From Curvularia clavata (Eukaryota): a DNA stretch of 64,000 nucleotides. The position numbers and the translations under genes are program-made. The notes beneath the pieces are model-generated. The model was not told the DNA's origin, did no database searches, and saw only the letters and a program-made list of their open reading frames with translations. Where the stretch lies: NCBI GenBank assembly GCA_023920165.1, contig CP089281.1:124001-188000 (forward strand). The letters are read 5' to 3'. Positions 12,595 to 26,180 of this stretch are shown in pieces. Numbering within the stretch: the stretch's first letter is position 1; every line of letters starts with the position of its first letter.

Positions 12595-14221
12595 TTACAC
12601 TAGGGAAATCTTAAATCCTCCCGGTAGTAGTTCTTGGTAGACGCCTAACGGATCGTACTTCTTTGCAATCTTCTTCATGAAAATCACCTTGCCAGCACCG
12701 TAAGCCGAAAGTGGGTCCTGATCCTTATCGGCATAGTTGAGATAGATGTATTCCACTGCCGTACCCTTCTTGGTCGCAAACTTCTGGATACCATCGGTTA
12801 ACATCTTACCCAAACCAATGAACAATTCATCATCCTTAGCCTCAGACCAAGACAAATAAGACTGATACATGATGAAGTTCTCACTATAGCGCTCCAAGCC
12901 AAGCACGTTACCACCTTTGGCTGTACTGTTCGCAGTGTAGGCTGTAGCCCAAACTTGATGTAAGCACGAAACGCGCCACTGGCCAGATGCCCTGGCTTTA
13001 AGCTCTGTAATGGCGATGTTGTAGAGACGCGCTGTCTCTTGGAGGGTCGCAAGATCAATCTTGAACGAGAGGGTGCGGAATTGTACTCTGTCGGCTTGCG
13101 TTAGCAAGAGGATCACATGAAAAACGACGGTTTTTCTTACCGCTTAGTTGTATCACTGCCAAATTCGGCAGCAACTGCACTCATCGGTTGTATCTTGGTT
13201 GTATCGCTAATGGTGTTGTTTACGGCAAGGAATTCGCTGTAAGCAGCAGGGCGAACCACAGGCTTGGTGTAGTCAAGAGCGGCTCTTACAACATCTACAG
13301 GATTTGCAGTTGAGTATCCTTGGAATAGAATTAAGGCAGCGTTTGGATCTCTGTTTGGGTTGAGACCGAAATTGACAAGCGACTTGAAATGCTGATTAAC
13401 CGTAGACGCAGGCCAAGAAACGATACCTCCCCAAAGGTCTTCGTTCTCAAAAGTCTCCATGTCGTATCGTGTCACAATGCCGAAGTTGCTGTTACCACCT
13501 TTGAGGGCGGTGAAGAGATCAGCATTGGTTGTCTTATTGGCATTCACAATGCGGCCGTCAGCAAGGACAACTTGGAAATTGATTACGTTATCGCATGATA
13601 GTCCGACGCGAGGTGCGTAATGAGATATTCCACCACCCAGTAGAAAACCACCAACGCCGACAGTGCTTCCTCGGCCTCCGGCTACCATACGTCCCAATGG
13701 CTCCAGAGCTGCGTACACAGAGCCCCACCTTGCAGCTGGGAAGATACTTGCTACCTTGGAATCAGCATTATAGGTGGTCTCATTCATGTGCAGCAAATCA
13801 ATCGTGACTCCGTCATCGACGTTGTTGGCACCAGGAATCGGAGTGTGACCACCAGATCGTATGGCAAACTGGCAAGTCTTCAGCAGACTGGCAGCTGTGA
13901 GAAGCTTCACAACTGTGGAGACGTCCTCAGCGTTTGCTGGTTGCACGATGCAGCTGGGCGTCAATCTGCTCTTCCCATCAAAATAAGAGGCAAGACTAGC
14001 GTTGTATGCATTCTGACCAAGGTAGGTCACGCGCTTAGCCACGGGACTAAGGGTCAGAACAGTGCACTAGCAAAAGTCAGAACAGCGACACAATAGAATG
14101 AGGAGCTTACACAATAGCTAAGGGTGAGAGACTGGGCCGGGGCTTCGATCTCAGTATTATTCTCAGCGTGTGTTGCGCCAAGTAGGGCAGCAGCAAAAAG
14201 GGTATAGCTCAGAAAGAACAT
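12595..14221 (-). CDS. Secreted FAD-linked oxidoreductase (BBE-like/VAO family)
   Basis: Signal peptide MFFLSYTLFAAALLGATHA; FAIRSGGH FAD-attachment motif, VGVGGFLLGGG, LKGGNSNFGIVT, YLNYA...KYDPLG. Two introns (~14110-14068, ~13139-13088). Confidence 0.9.
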
Positions 14222-14639
14222 AATAGGCGGACAGGCGGTGGTTGACCGGCCTTTGACAAGAAGATGGATTCGACTAAGAATTTTTTGAACATCGCGCTTG
14301 GGAACCTTTTGATATCAATCCTGCCGGTGGGCCAGGTCCCTATCGAACACACGAAAACCCGTCAACCGAGTCTGCAGGATTGCGGATGCCACAATCTCTG
14401 CACTCGTTGCGACTAAACGGGTGGAGGTCCCCGTGCTGACAGCATACTTGAGAATGTGGAATCTGGGGTCTGCCGTGAGCTTTCTGGCGAGTCACAGCGT
14501 TGAGATCTGATGAGAGGTGGGGAAGGCAAATGATAGAGGAAATGCAATCGGGAGAAGTTCCTAATCAGGCTTAGCACAGACTAACCAAACTGGGTAGCGC
14601 TCAGAGCTCCAACAGCAAGAGCCGTGGCTCGGTCCTTGG

Positions 14640-15810
14640 CATGGAAGACGAGACACAAGCCAATCCTCAATGTGTACATACTGACAAAAATATCCATATT
14701 CAATCTTTCTGCATTATGCCTGATTATTACCCTCTGCAGCTGGATACCGTGTCTGACAATTTTAACAATCCTTCTACAGCACGTCGACTTGCGCAGTCAG
14801 CATCAAGGGAATGCAGTTTATGTAACAGGCGATGGGTCAGATGCGATTGAGCTCAGCCAGCTTGTCGCGAGCATGTCTCCCATGGATTTCAGTTCCCAGG
14901 TTATGGAGAGATTTTGAGGTGGATTTGTGAACCCGCGAGCAATGGACCGAACCAGCCTTCCTTTCACACGACACTAGCCCATCATGGCCTGGTCCAAACT
15001 ATAGACACATCTCCAGCCTTGCCACTTGGCGGATGTTGTGTCTATACAACTTGCGTGATCTGAGGAAAAATCCAATCCATGGCAAAGTATAGTCTTGTGA
15101 CTAGCCATGGAATCGCTTGGATCAGCATCATCAACATACTCCTTGTCAGCAGCCATTCTAGGGATATTCAGAGGTAATTTCGCTTCTCGCCTCATGGGAA
15201 GCGATGATCAGCGCAACTTATGTTTTCAGATTGCGGGATTCGTTACACACACAGGCGCTCCGCTTTATATCTGAGGACTTGCACGTATTGCCAGGCACCC
15301 TGTCACCCCCGCAACTACTCATTGTGACAGTTGTTGCTAGCGTTCTGCTTCTTTCTTACCTAGAGGTACACTGGCCATCTAGCAACACGTTGCAATTCAC
15401 AGCTACCGGTGATAATACAGATGCTTTCCTCTCCGAAGAGTGGTTTGCTGCTGGCACCTGGCCTACGCTGACTACTTACCAAATGAGCGTCATTCAACCA
15501 CGGAATGGCATGGCGAGAGCCGACGTAAACAGCAGATCAAGGCTCACTCTCCATTCACAACATCTATTGTCATCATGCGCCGCGTGGCCGAAGCAAGAAA
15601 CAATTTGCTATGAGAGATGTAGACTCTATGGCACAGCAGGCCAGTCTTCTTCGCATTCTACGACGAGAACTGCTGGATTTAGAGCAAGCTCACGGGATGG
15701 TCTCGAGAAACACGACCCGCATCAATGCTGGCGATTTTGAGTACATCCTTTCTACTATGCCACGCAGATATACTGCCATCAAGCTTTGTCTGCTATCCTG
15801 CCCAGGTTAG
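14640..15810 (+). pseudogene. Degenerate fungal Zn2Cys6/Fungal_trans_2-type transcription factor remnant (limits approximate)
   Basis: One frame reads VSIQLA*SEEKSNPWQSIVL*LAMES with TGA at 15056 and 15098. After a frameshift it reads QALRFISEDL...VVASVLLLSYLEV, resembling the fungal-specific TF middle domain. Confidence 0.5.
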
Positions 15811-16161
15811 ACTAAAAGCCGGCGTATGTCCCATCAGGATTACGCTTCTCCGCCTGCGGACCCACCTTGTTGATTCGCTGATATCTCTTAACAATACAGA
15901 TTCACTTGCGCAGTCGCAACCCTGATCCCCGTTTATACTAGCGACAGTCAGCGCCCACAGCTCCGTGACTCAACCTGGCTGAAGGAGGGGCGGACAAGAT
16001 CTATTATTTTCAATGCAATTATGAATGTGAGGTAGTCACGTCCTGTGTATGAAGGCCATTGAAGCACTCCCAAGTAAAAACTCAATTAACGGTAAGATGA
16101 CAGCGTGGTCGCTGTTATTTAAGTCTTGTCCAATAAGCTAAACCACCGCTCGTTGGAGCAT

Positions 16162-17817
16162 CTACAGCTTCTCGATGGCAACGATTTGTCCCTCAGCACT
16201 AAAATCAATCTTCTTCTTGATCAAACTCTCCTTGACAGGATTCTTAGCCTCAAAGATCAAATCCAACTCCTCAAGAGTACGCTTCTTAGTCTCGGGAAGC
16301 AAAAAGTAGAACACGACAACTTGAACCGCATCCCAGACGGTGAACACTATGTAGGTTTTCCAACCAATCTTTTGTAGAGAAATTGGCCATGCAAACTGGT
16401 TGAGAAGGCCACCGGCGTTGACGGCGAGGGCGGAGAAGGCCATGCCCTTGGCGCGCATCTCAAAGGACAGGACTTCGACGGGGTAGAGAGCCTGAAGAGG
16501 GGTGGTGCCGAGCGAGTAGACCATACCGAACAAGAAGATCATCGCAACGGTAGCTTTTGCAGCTGAAGCATCAGTGTCGTTGCTGGCGGCGAACTGCGAG
16601 GACGCGACGGTCATGCCAATCCAAACGACGGTACAAGCAGCCATTGAACCCAGGAACATGGGACGTCGACCGACCTTTTCGACAAAAGCGGCACCGATAA
16701 GAGCAAAGACAAACTGGAAACATGCGTAGCCCAGGTTGATATCCGACTGCTCGATTTCTTCTGTGTAGCCTGCTGTCTTGAGCACAGCTGGGAGGAAATA
16801 GGTCAAAACACCATTCCCAGCCCATTGTGCAAAGATAGAAAAGACAACGTTGCAAGCAAGGCGGTAGCGACTGGAGCGTGTCCTGAAAAGTGCGCTGTAA
16901 TCCCACCAGCGCTTGTCGGCGCCGTCGAGCTCGAGAAATTCCTCGTATTCAGATAGCTGCAGCTTGACCCAAGCGGAATCCGGATTTCCGTAACCATGCC
17001 AGTGGGTGAGAACTTCTTTTGCTTGAGTGGTCTTGCCATGGACGTAGAGCCAACGAGGAGACTCTGGGGCAAACCAGATAAAAACGATGATGAGTGAAGG
17101 GAACACGAGTTGCAGCCATATAGGGAGGGCCCAGGTGGTATTACCAGTGAGGTTGAGACCACCGCGGACGGCACCAGCGGCGAGAATGGAGCCAACAAAC
17201 CAGAAGGTATTGCAGTACGCAGTAATAACAGAGCGCATCGCTGGATGGGCAGTTTCGACAACGTAAATGGGACCCGCGGCAGAGACGATAGTGACACCAA
17301 AGCCGAGTACAAAGCGGCCACCTTTAAGCTGCGGATTAGATCCATTGGTCATGGTCAATCCGTTGATGATGGTACCGACGACGATCAAACCAGCGCCAGA
17401 AACCATGCCAAGGCGGCGACCAAACGTATCAATGATGGGGCCGGCAAAGGGAAGCGCAACAACAGCACCGATCTGATACATGGCGGAGGTCAAAGCCGCC
17501 CAGACACCGTCGGACGTGCCATCGAATTTAGCAAGGAAGGTCTTGTTAGCTGTCAGACCGCCAAACAAGCTTCCATCAAAGCCGTTGACCGTCTGACAGA
17601 AGAAACCGAGCAAGAGGCATCCGGCCAAAGCGATGGTTCGGAGATGGAACTTGGGTAGAGGCTCCAGGGTATTTGCCTCATGAAAGGCCTCGCTGCCCTT
17701 GAGCGTCTTGACCTCAACGACCTCAGTCTAGAAGCAAAATTAAAAGATTACTATGTTATCGAGACAAAGTCCACGTACCTTCGGGTCTATCTCCATCTCG
17801 GCCTTTGAGACTGACAT
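16162..17817 (-). CDS. MFS sugar porter, lactose permease/cellodextrin transporter-like
   Basis: NGFDGSL, DTFGRR, PESPRWL, DKRWWDY, QWAGNG, YPVEVLSFEMRAKG, PETKKRTLEEL motifs; short first exon MSVSKAEMEIDPK plus one intron. Confidence 0.93.
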
Positions 17818-20469
17818 GTTGCCCAAGGATATCAGGAAGAAGGTGAAAATCAAAATTCTGTGCAGTAGAGATCGAACAGACTGGATGCGACCCGCTGTAT
17901 ATGTACACACATGCTGAATCGCAGGGCCATGTGGTCTAGGACCGCCTTGTAGCTACTAACAACGGGATGCTGGAATACCAGGCCGATATGCCGCCCAGAC
18001 GAAGCTAGCTACCAAGCCCCATGGGGTTGTCGATAGACATTCTAACCCAAATGAGTGCGGGGATTGTGATCCGCGTTCACATTAGCCTAGCCCTGGTCGC
18101 ATGGCTCGACGACAACTCGAGAGGCGCTTGAGCTGTCTCTTTACCTGGATATTGGGTTTGGTTTAATCCGAAAGTTAACTTTTTCCCCTATCAGTTCTTC
18201 ACAGAGGTCACATCAGCTTGGCGGAGGTACTGTTGTCTCACCGTATCGTGTTTCTCGAGGCTTTGCGCAATGCTTGATGCAGTGTACCCTGGCCGATGGA
18301 TCTCTTGGATGCGTTTGAAATGGCCTAATGGGTACATGCGCATAAGCGCTCGGAAATCCCGCCCCGACCAAATGACCCATGAGAAAGAACAGAAATGTTT
18401 GGTTGAGATGGTTGGGAGGCCCGTCAGCAGCGCTGTGAGTGTGGCTCCAATCCCAGCAGCCTGGAATCATCAATATGGGTAATTCGGCGCTTGTTCCGTA
18501 TAGGGCGCGGAGCTTCTGCTCCGCGCCAGGGAGAGCGCTCCGCGGTGCCGAGAGTGCAAACTGATTGGTCCTCGTCCCAAAGTCTGGCCCTGCTCGCCAA
18601 GTTCTTCCAGAATACCCGTAGAAGGTATTTCTCAACAGCAAACATCCTATCGGTTAGTCAATTACACCACATGGCGTTCGGAGCCAGCACAACGCTGCTA
18701 CAGGAACAAGGGTTGAACGGACTCGTAAAGGTATTCACTTCGCAACGTCGGATCGCGTTCCCGTGGCAGGTTCCGTGTCCTTCTTCTCAGGCATCGAGTA
18801 GGTTGTCTTCTAGCTTGGCTTCCATCAAGTGATACCTCGTAGTCACCGCCACCAACAGGACTTGGTTTCACTGAATCAGCCGCAGGTGATGTTCCGACAT
18901 GTGATGTGGCCTCATGGTCAGGGGTGCATGGATCCAAAGAATCTCACGCCATTTCTGAAATGGAAAATCGGTACAGGAATCAACAGTTTCAAGCGCGAAC
19001 AAACATACTAAAATGAGGAGTATGAGATTCTAGGTTATCGGCAAAGCACAGAGACAGAGATGTTGCAGTTTCTGTAAAAACACGTTGCAGACATGATGAG
19101 CTTTCATGCGGAAGCGGCGAAGAGTAGTGCACAGAGAAGATATGTCACAGTCTGGTTCAGCTCTTGAGCTGTGGTCGTGACAGTAGCGCAGCTGCCAGAC
19201 GTTTGATATGATGCACGCAAACGGCGCAATCAATCAACCCTATATCCCTTCGGCGAAAGCAATGCGGTAATGTTCACTGATACCCGTTATCAAGTTGCGT
19301 TCTTGGAAGAACAACAGATCCGCATTGAACGTGGTGGTTCAACGGGACGATGCTTGGATATGGTTCGCAAAGTTGATCATGAATGACTTGCCGGACAGCC
19401 TAAGAGTGTGAATCTAATAGACGGCTGGAGGACGTAACTTGGTTCGACCAAAGAATAGGAAGCAACGCAGTGCGGAGGTTATGAGCGAGCGGAACAGTAC
19501 CGGCAGGTATTGACTGTGTCTGGACTGGAGAACCAAAGGTATGTCCAAAAGCGTGGGCAAGCTTTCAGTGTTGTCTTCGGCAGAGGCCGAAAACATCGCA
19601 TAATGCCCGTCCGATCGAACTCCCCGTCATTCCGGTATCGCGTCCCCAGAGGCGTATCGTAAGTGCATCGAGACGCTCTTCGAAGAACCTCGGGAGGTTG
19701 AATGTGGTCGCGGGCAAGCAGAATGCAGAGTCAGTGACGAGCGCAGCGTGTTCGGTCATTTCCTCGTATGATGCGATTTGCGAAGGAGCGTGAAGGTGAA
19801 AGACGTGTCAAGGTATTGCATGGTCAGCCATGTACTAGGACCGCGACAGCACCAAGAACCACGCGGAGGGGCATCTGGCAGCGCACCACTGGTTGCGAGT
19901 TGTCACATCACCACGCTGGAATTGCGCCATGAGTGTATGGATCCAGAATGGGTTGTCGCTAGGAGATGACGCTGAGATGGCGGCGTGAGACTGACCACAG
20001 TCGGAATGTGTTGGCGACGCTCGGGGCTTGGCGGGCCGTCCTTCCGTCGCGCTTGGAATAGGCCCTTCTCCAGCTCCTTCACTATTTCGTCTTGCCCCAC
20101 GGGTTCGAATCGCATCCATAAACCATGCCAAGTACGGCTCCCTTTGAACATCTCGCCCTCTTTTAAGGCCCGCCAATTGCGGGTCCCCATGTATAGGAAT
20201 AGCACGGTCAGGTCGGCTCAACAACATCCAATCGTCCGTGTCCGTGTCAGACCTTTTATGCGCTAACCATCTACTACCAACTGTGCGAGCTTACGCAGAA
20301 TGAATCAATCTGCTTTATCTTTTTAAAAGCCATGTGTTATCTCATCAAGACAAACTAACCCGGATGCTACTAAAAATGCACAGTTGTGCGGCGATGACAC
20401 GGAATTCTAACAATTGGGTATCCATCAACTTGCCATCCACGCTCATCATCCACAAACTCCATCCGACAC

Positions 20470-21230
20470 TCAAGCCTCCAAGCTCAATATGTCGGCTAAT
20501 TCGACGACATCAACAAATTTCGGTAGGACTTTGCTCATGAGAAACTCATCAACCTCAGCATCATCATCCATGATTGCCTCACGTGGGCAAATAATATGAA
20601 AGTCAAGATCTGCCCCCGCTCTAGTAGCAACTGGTCAGTGGAGTGCATTCGTCATTTATCCTCTGGCGATTTCACCTACCTCGCACTCCCAAGCACACTG
20701 CCCATGGTCGTCAGGCCGACTAACACTACATGTCGGATGCCTCTAGCACCGAGGTACTTGAGCAGATCACTCGACCCAAAGCAATTCGGCTGCAGTTTGC
20801 CCAGCACAATCTCATCTTGACTGCCTCCCCATCCATCACTGGGCACTAATTCGCTTGGAATTGCGTAGTCTGGGTGATGTGGGTCAGAGCTGCATCTTTC
20901 AAAGTACCCTGCGTTTTCCAGGCTTTTCACCCATTTTGCTAGTTTGTTATAAGGACTGACGAATGCATTCCGGTTGATGTTGAAAGGGAGGGTATGGTGG
21001 ACAATGAGTGGGACGTTGGCGTTGCTGTTGCTGTTGTTGGTGAGGATGTTTGCGCGGTGGTGTGCGATTTGGATCCGGAAGAAATTGACCAGTCGGAGAA
21101 GCGTGGATAGATATTCGGCTTGTATATGCTTGGGAAATCGGCCTAGGATTTGGGTTTGCACGTCCGAGATGATCAAAGCTGTAGCTGAGAGGTCGACGGG
21201 TACGTAAAATGGCGATTGTGTGTTAGACAT
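20470..21230 (-). CDS. Isochorismatase-like hydrolase
   Basis: TALIISDVQ, K...NCFGSSDL..YL.ARGIRHVVLVGLTT motifs; intron ~20679-20621; exon 2 reads AGADLDFHIICPREAIMDDD...VLPKFVDV. Confidence 0.85.
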
Positions 21231-21785
21231 GACTGAATCGAGGAATTCAATTGAGGTATAGTGATCGTATGTCTGGAAGAGCATTCCAAAGTCAAACCAG
21301 GGAGTTAAATATAAGAATATCAATCTTGAATCTTCCACATTCATCTTTGCTATTGTTCTGGCCAATCGGAGATGCACAACGGAGAAAGAAAGCTCAGCCG
21401 ACCACGATGTCCGACATGCGCATCACTCAGATGCCACAGTGTGATTTGCCACATGTGCGAAGTTTTGAACTTAGCCTAACAAGTCCTAAATAGGTGGCAT
21501 GTATAAGCAACCAAAACTTTACTGCTGACTGAGAGCTAATAAAGCAGCCGAGGCTGGCACTGGAGTTAGACGAAGTAATTGGTGTATCTGGTGTATTATC
21601 AAACCCACCATGCTATTTCACCCATTTACATCTGCACTGAAGTCGTCCGACGCTCGTCTCTTGAAGACTCATCTCATCGGGCATATGATGTGCGACCTTT
21701 CTCAGAACTTGGGTTGCCGGTAATTAGTGTGACAAGCCTCATGGTTCATTTTCTCTATTTACTAATACACAACCGTTACTTGCCA

Positions 21786-22811
21786 TCAATTGCCTGTTTC
21801 TTCAAAGAGCAGGCAGACAAAGAACGCAAGAATTTTACTAATACCAGTGACGGCCAGACACAAAGCAACCCAAACTACTAGTTCTATGATAGTTACCGCC
21901 ATGATGCTTGTAAAGATAAGTGTACCAGCAATGTAGTAAATTCCCCAGGCCATCTGGACCGGCCAATCCTCGTCGGCCCCTTGAACAGCAGAAACGGCCG
22001 TACCTCTACATCCACCTTCACATCTCCTTATGGCCAATGCTTTATTCGCAATTTCTGGTAAACTGTCTTGCGATTGGGGTCCAACGAACGGATTGGCCCT
22101 AAGCTGCTCGGTGACGCTAGTGTCGGGTTCCTGCTCCAGTCTCTCGAACCGCGTCTTTCGACGTCCCGCGAAGATTTTGTGGATGGATGCCGGGACAAGT
22201 GCAACAATATACCAAGCAGTGATGAAAAACGGTACTACGCAGCCGAGGGCAGATCTTTTGCTGTATATCTCGTTGAATACTAGTGCCGCGTAGCATGTCA
22301 TGAGGCAAACAGTGAGCGCGGCGACCACGAGACGTATGGTTAGTCTTCTCATCTTCCACGCGTATTTGGCCAAGCCATTGCTTGCCTCGCTGTTCTGGCG
22401 TGTTGACAAAGGGGCTCCTCTGTCTGCTGGCAATGGTACAAGGCCCAAAGCCAAAACCAAGATGTCGCATATCCATGGTAAAGGCTTTGTAACATGTACA
22501 ATGCGGCGCTCTGGCCATGCGACGTCTTTCAAAGTCAACGGTATTAGGCCCATGACTAATGCTGTTGCTGCAAATTGTTGCTTTCGACTTTCACCAGCTG
22601 CTTCGAAGAGGCAGTCTGAGGCGACCCAGCACTTTTGCCTGTCGTGCCCGAACTTGCTGAATTTCCAATATGGCTTGAAAGGCGAGTACACCATGACGGT
22701 TTCGACATTGTCAGGACACTGGCCGCTCCCAATGCGGTCGCTTCCTGTTTCGCCAGCGGCAGCTGCTAATATGGCCCAAAAGAGGAGGATGAGAAGTGTA
22801 AGTCGCAGCAT
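21786..22811 (-). CDS. Hypothetical multi-pass membrane protein
   Basis: Intronless 341-aa ORF with an N-terminal signal-like segment and several hydrophobic helices; no family recognised. Confidence 0.7.
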   Translation of the reverse strand: MLRLTLLILLFWAILAAAAGETGSDRIGSGQCPDNVETVMVYSPFKPYWKFSKFGHDRQKCWVASDCLFEAAGESRKQQFAATALVMGLIPLTLKDVAWPERRIVHVTKPLPWICDILVLALGLVPLPADRGAPLSTRQNSEASNGLAKYAWKMRRLTIRLVVAALTVCLMTCYAALVFNEIYSKRSALGCVVPFFITAWYIVALVPASIHKIFAGRRKTRFERLEQEPDTSVTEQLRANPFVGPQSQDSLPEIANKALAIRRCEGGCRGTAVSAVQGADEDWPVQMAWGIYYIAGTLIFTSIMAVTIIELVVWVALCLAVTGISKILAFFVCLLFEETGN

Positions 22812-24041
22812 CGTGGTGATAATCCGACGTATCGTGATACAATCAATAAACCATTTGTATGCAACTGTGGAATTAGGTACCAGGCAGGGTTTAAGTGGGC
22901 TCTAGCCTGGCAGGCACATGGCTATTTACTTATCTTCATGCCAAGCGTGAACCAATATAAGCTGAGTATCCAAGCCTGCCGTGTTCGAGTCATGTGGCGG
23001 ACCGGCATTGTTTGAACAGAGATGGGAAAGGACAACGTAGCGGACCATCAGCGCACGCACAAGGCTGAACAATGGGTTGGTAACTCGCTGGATTCGGAGC
23101 ACTAATATTAGAAAATGCGCTGTTTGGCTATCCTATAAGAGACATGCAATGACTCGCATTTATGTATACGTTACTGGCACATGAGCGTCAACTGCAGGGT
23201 GTTTCGCAATAATAATAAGGCGTCCATTGTCACACTGTGAATGTTCTACGGCGGTGTTCTGAGTTTAGGCTAGCGCTGGGGCCAAAATCGCGCTCAAGCA
23301 GGTCTTGAAACTCAGCCACTCGGCAACTCGACCAGGCAATACATTGAGGCTGACTCCAAGGCTTACTTATGATACAGAGTATTGGCCTTTGCGCATTTTT
23401 GTTATGATTGAGCAGTTTAGAATGTGTAGCGCACAGGTAACACTCGACGTTGCGGGGTGAGATAGGTAGCACAGCTGAACATGACACAAAGTCAGGGTTT
23501 AAAGGCTCCGAAGCCACGAGGTTTGGAAGAGCCGAGTTGATTTTTGTGTGCTGTACCTATATGAAGTTGTAGTATCAGTTCTCAAGTTGATCTAGTGCGC
23601 AGCGCTATTTCTTTATGATAATATAAGATATACGTACTTGAATTACAGTGTTCATGAGTGTTACCTATATCTGCTTAGTAATAGAACTTATCTACGTATG
23701 GTGTCAACATCCACGCAGAAGCTGAAACTCCCAAATATTCCTTTAGAGGTAAACACAAGGTTCTTGATATCAAGGGATTTATATTTTGACAAGGAACCAG
23801 ATGAAAAGGCAGCTTGGAGTCGAATAAATGGCTGATCTAAGCCGAACTGAATGTGGCCTGAATGTAGAATATGACGCGATCGGCACTGACGTGAGTTGCT
23901 AGCTCAATCACGCTATTGGTGCCACATCACGTATCTATTGACGCGAGATAATTGCTTAATTGCGACACCACCTTATCTACTTCATTGAGATCCATTGTTG
24001 AAGGCTTTTCAGAATGTACCCAACACTGCATTTCGAAGATC

Positions 24042-25414
24042 ATGGCTCAAGTGTTGCGTTCTAGCCCAGCTGGGCAACCTGATATTGATTACGCTCCTAA
24101 TCTCGAAAAGTACATTGCACGCACTGCCCGTCGAAAAGCTACTGAAGACCTCTCGACCCAGCTGCCAAAAGGGTTTCCTCGCGAACTAAAATCTGATCTT
24201 GTATGGGAGGGAAGTACCATTGCTGAAAAGTACGATTTTGTCTACGAACTCAATGCAGAAGACCTTCAGGAGATTGAAGATGCGCTCAGATACTTTAAAT
24301 GTAAATTATTCTGCTATGCAGATATGGGATATGCTGACACAACAACAGCTCTCGGGAAACCACTCGGCTTCATAAACCAAGACACATTTCCTCTTCCGAA
24401 GCTCCATGCTGCTCTGCGCAATATTTCTGGCGAAATCCATAATCGACGTGGTTTCAAGGTTCTCCGAGGTCTGCCTTTCGATAAACATGACAGCTTGGAT
24501 AACATTATCATATATACTGGAGTTTCATCGCACGTTGCTCCAGTCAGAGGACGCCAGGATTATCAATATCAGAACAAGCCAGCGGACGTGGTGTTGAGTC
24601 ATATCAAAGACTTGAGCTTGACTATGGATGCGAACAAGATTGGAGCCCCCGCTTATACAGCTGAAAAGCAGGTATTCCATACAGACAGTGGAGATATTGT
24701 CGCCTTGGCATGCTTGGAGACTGCTGCTGAGGGTGGCGAGAGCAAATTGTCCAGCTCATGGACAGTGTACAATGATCTTGCCAGGACAAGGCCAGATTTG
24801 ATCAGAACCCTAGCTGAACCCTGGCCTAGCGAGAAGTATGTTTGTAGAAGGAGTTTGGAGGAGTTTCTGCTGACTTTACTGATAGCTTTAGCGGTAGGGG
24901 TGAAAAGTATACGCTTCGACCATTACTTCACTATCAGCCTCAAACCGAGTCTTCGCCTGAGAGATTGATTATACAGTACGCGCGGAGGACCTTCACAGGC
25001 TACTGGGGCCTGCCGAGATCCTCTGACGTGCCACCCATAACCGAAGCTCAGGCCGAAGCACTTGATGCCTTGCATTTCCTTGCTGAGAAACATGCTGTGT
25101 CTCTTGGCTTTCGAAAAGGCGATGTGCAATACGTCAATAACTTGAGCATTTTCCACGCGCGTGATGGGTTTAGAGACACTCCAGAACAACAGTAGGTACT
25201 GGCGCATCTAATTTTGCCAAAACTCGGTCTGATACGCTTTAGACGCCACCTTATTCGCCTTTGGCTTCGTGATCCTGAGAATGCATGGCCCACACCCGAA
25301 GCGTTGAAAACGAGGTGGGCACTGTATGATGGCGTGACGCCTGAAAATTCTGTATTTCCACTTCAGCCGACGGTTCGTAGTGCTAGTACAGGTAAAAGTA
25401 CACCAGTCAAGTAA
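24042..25414 (+). CDS. TauD/clavaminate synthase-like Fe(II)/2-oxoglutarate dioxygenase
   Basis: FHTD facial-triad motif, GDVQYVNNLSIFHARDGF, RHLIRLWLRD; three introns (~24301, ~24837, ~25193). Confidence 0.9.
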
Positions 25415-26180
25415 ATAGAAATGCTTGAACATTCTAGACCCCCATGGGATAGAACTCTTAAGTGTGAGGCGGTTCAAGCAATGGAAAGGCAGGTTGTTCA
25501 ACTCTGGCCTCATCTTGGAACCCTTGGTCAGGTATGCTAGAGTTGTTAGTAGCCAATCATTACCAAAGCTATGTTTCGCAGATACATCTTATGGAATGGA
25601 TGCTATATCATTTTTGCTTTGAGCTTTGAATAATCATGATTAGCCTGTCGTGTTGGCTAAGAAGAAGCTATTAATGCCAAAGGAGCCGCCAGGTCATAAA
25701 GGGTTCTGGACGCATCTGTCAACTCCAGGGCATAGTCTTATCTCTCGCTAGCATGTAGCAAACCGGTTTGAGTAGTTCTGTGGCAGCCTGACATACTCGG
25801 CAGAGAGGTATCCGGGAGTGCCATGCAATACCCCGCAAGGTAACGACCCACGCCTCGGCCTTTCTAGGTAACCCCGTGATGTCGCAATTCATTATCTCTT
25901 GCGTGCAATTGCGTGCGTGATGCATTGTAAATATGATAGGCCCACTGTACATCCAATGAAGATATCCCGGAGCTCAACAGCCTTATTCTATCTAGCGTAG
26001 GGTCGTAACATCTGGACTGCAATTTGCCGCTAGCTACCGCTGGAAAAGGCTGGATATGCCCGCAATTATGAATATGTATTAATTATCTCTATCTCTTGAA
26101 TTAGATTCTTTTGATTCCAAGAACTCATCAAGGTGTACTGTGACTCGCCAGTTGCCCAAAGAAATCCGGTATCCCTCGAG

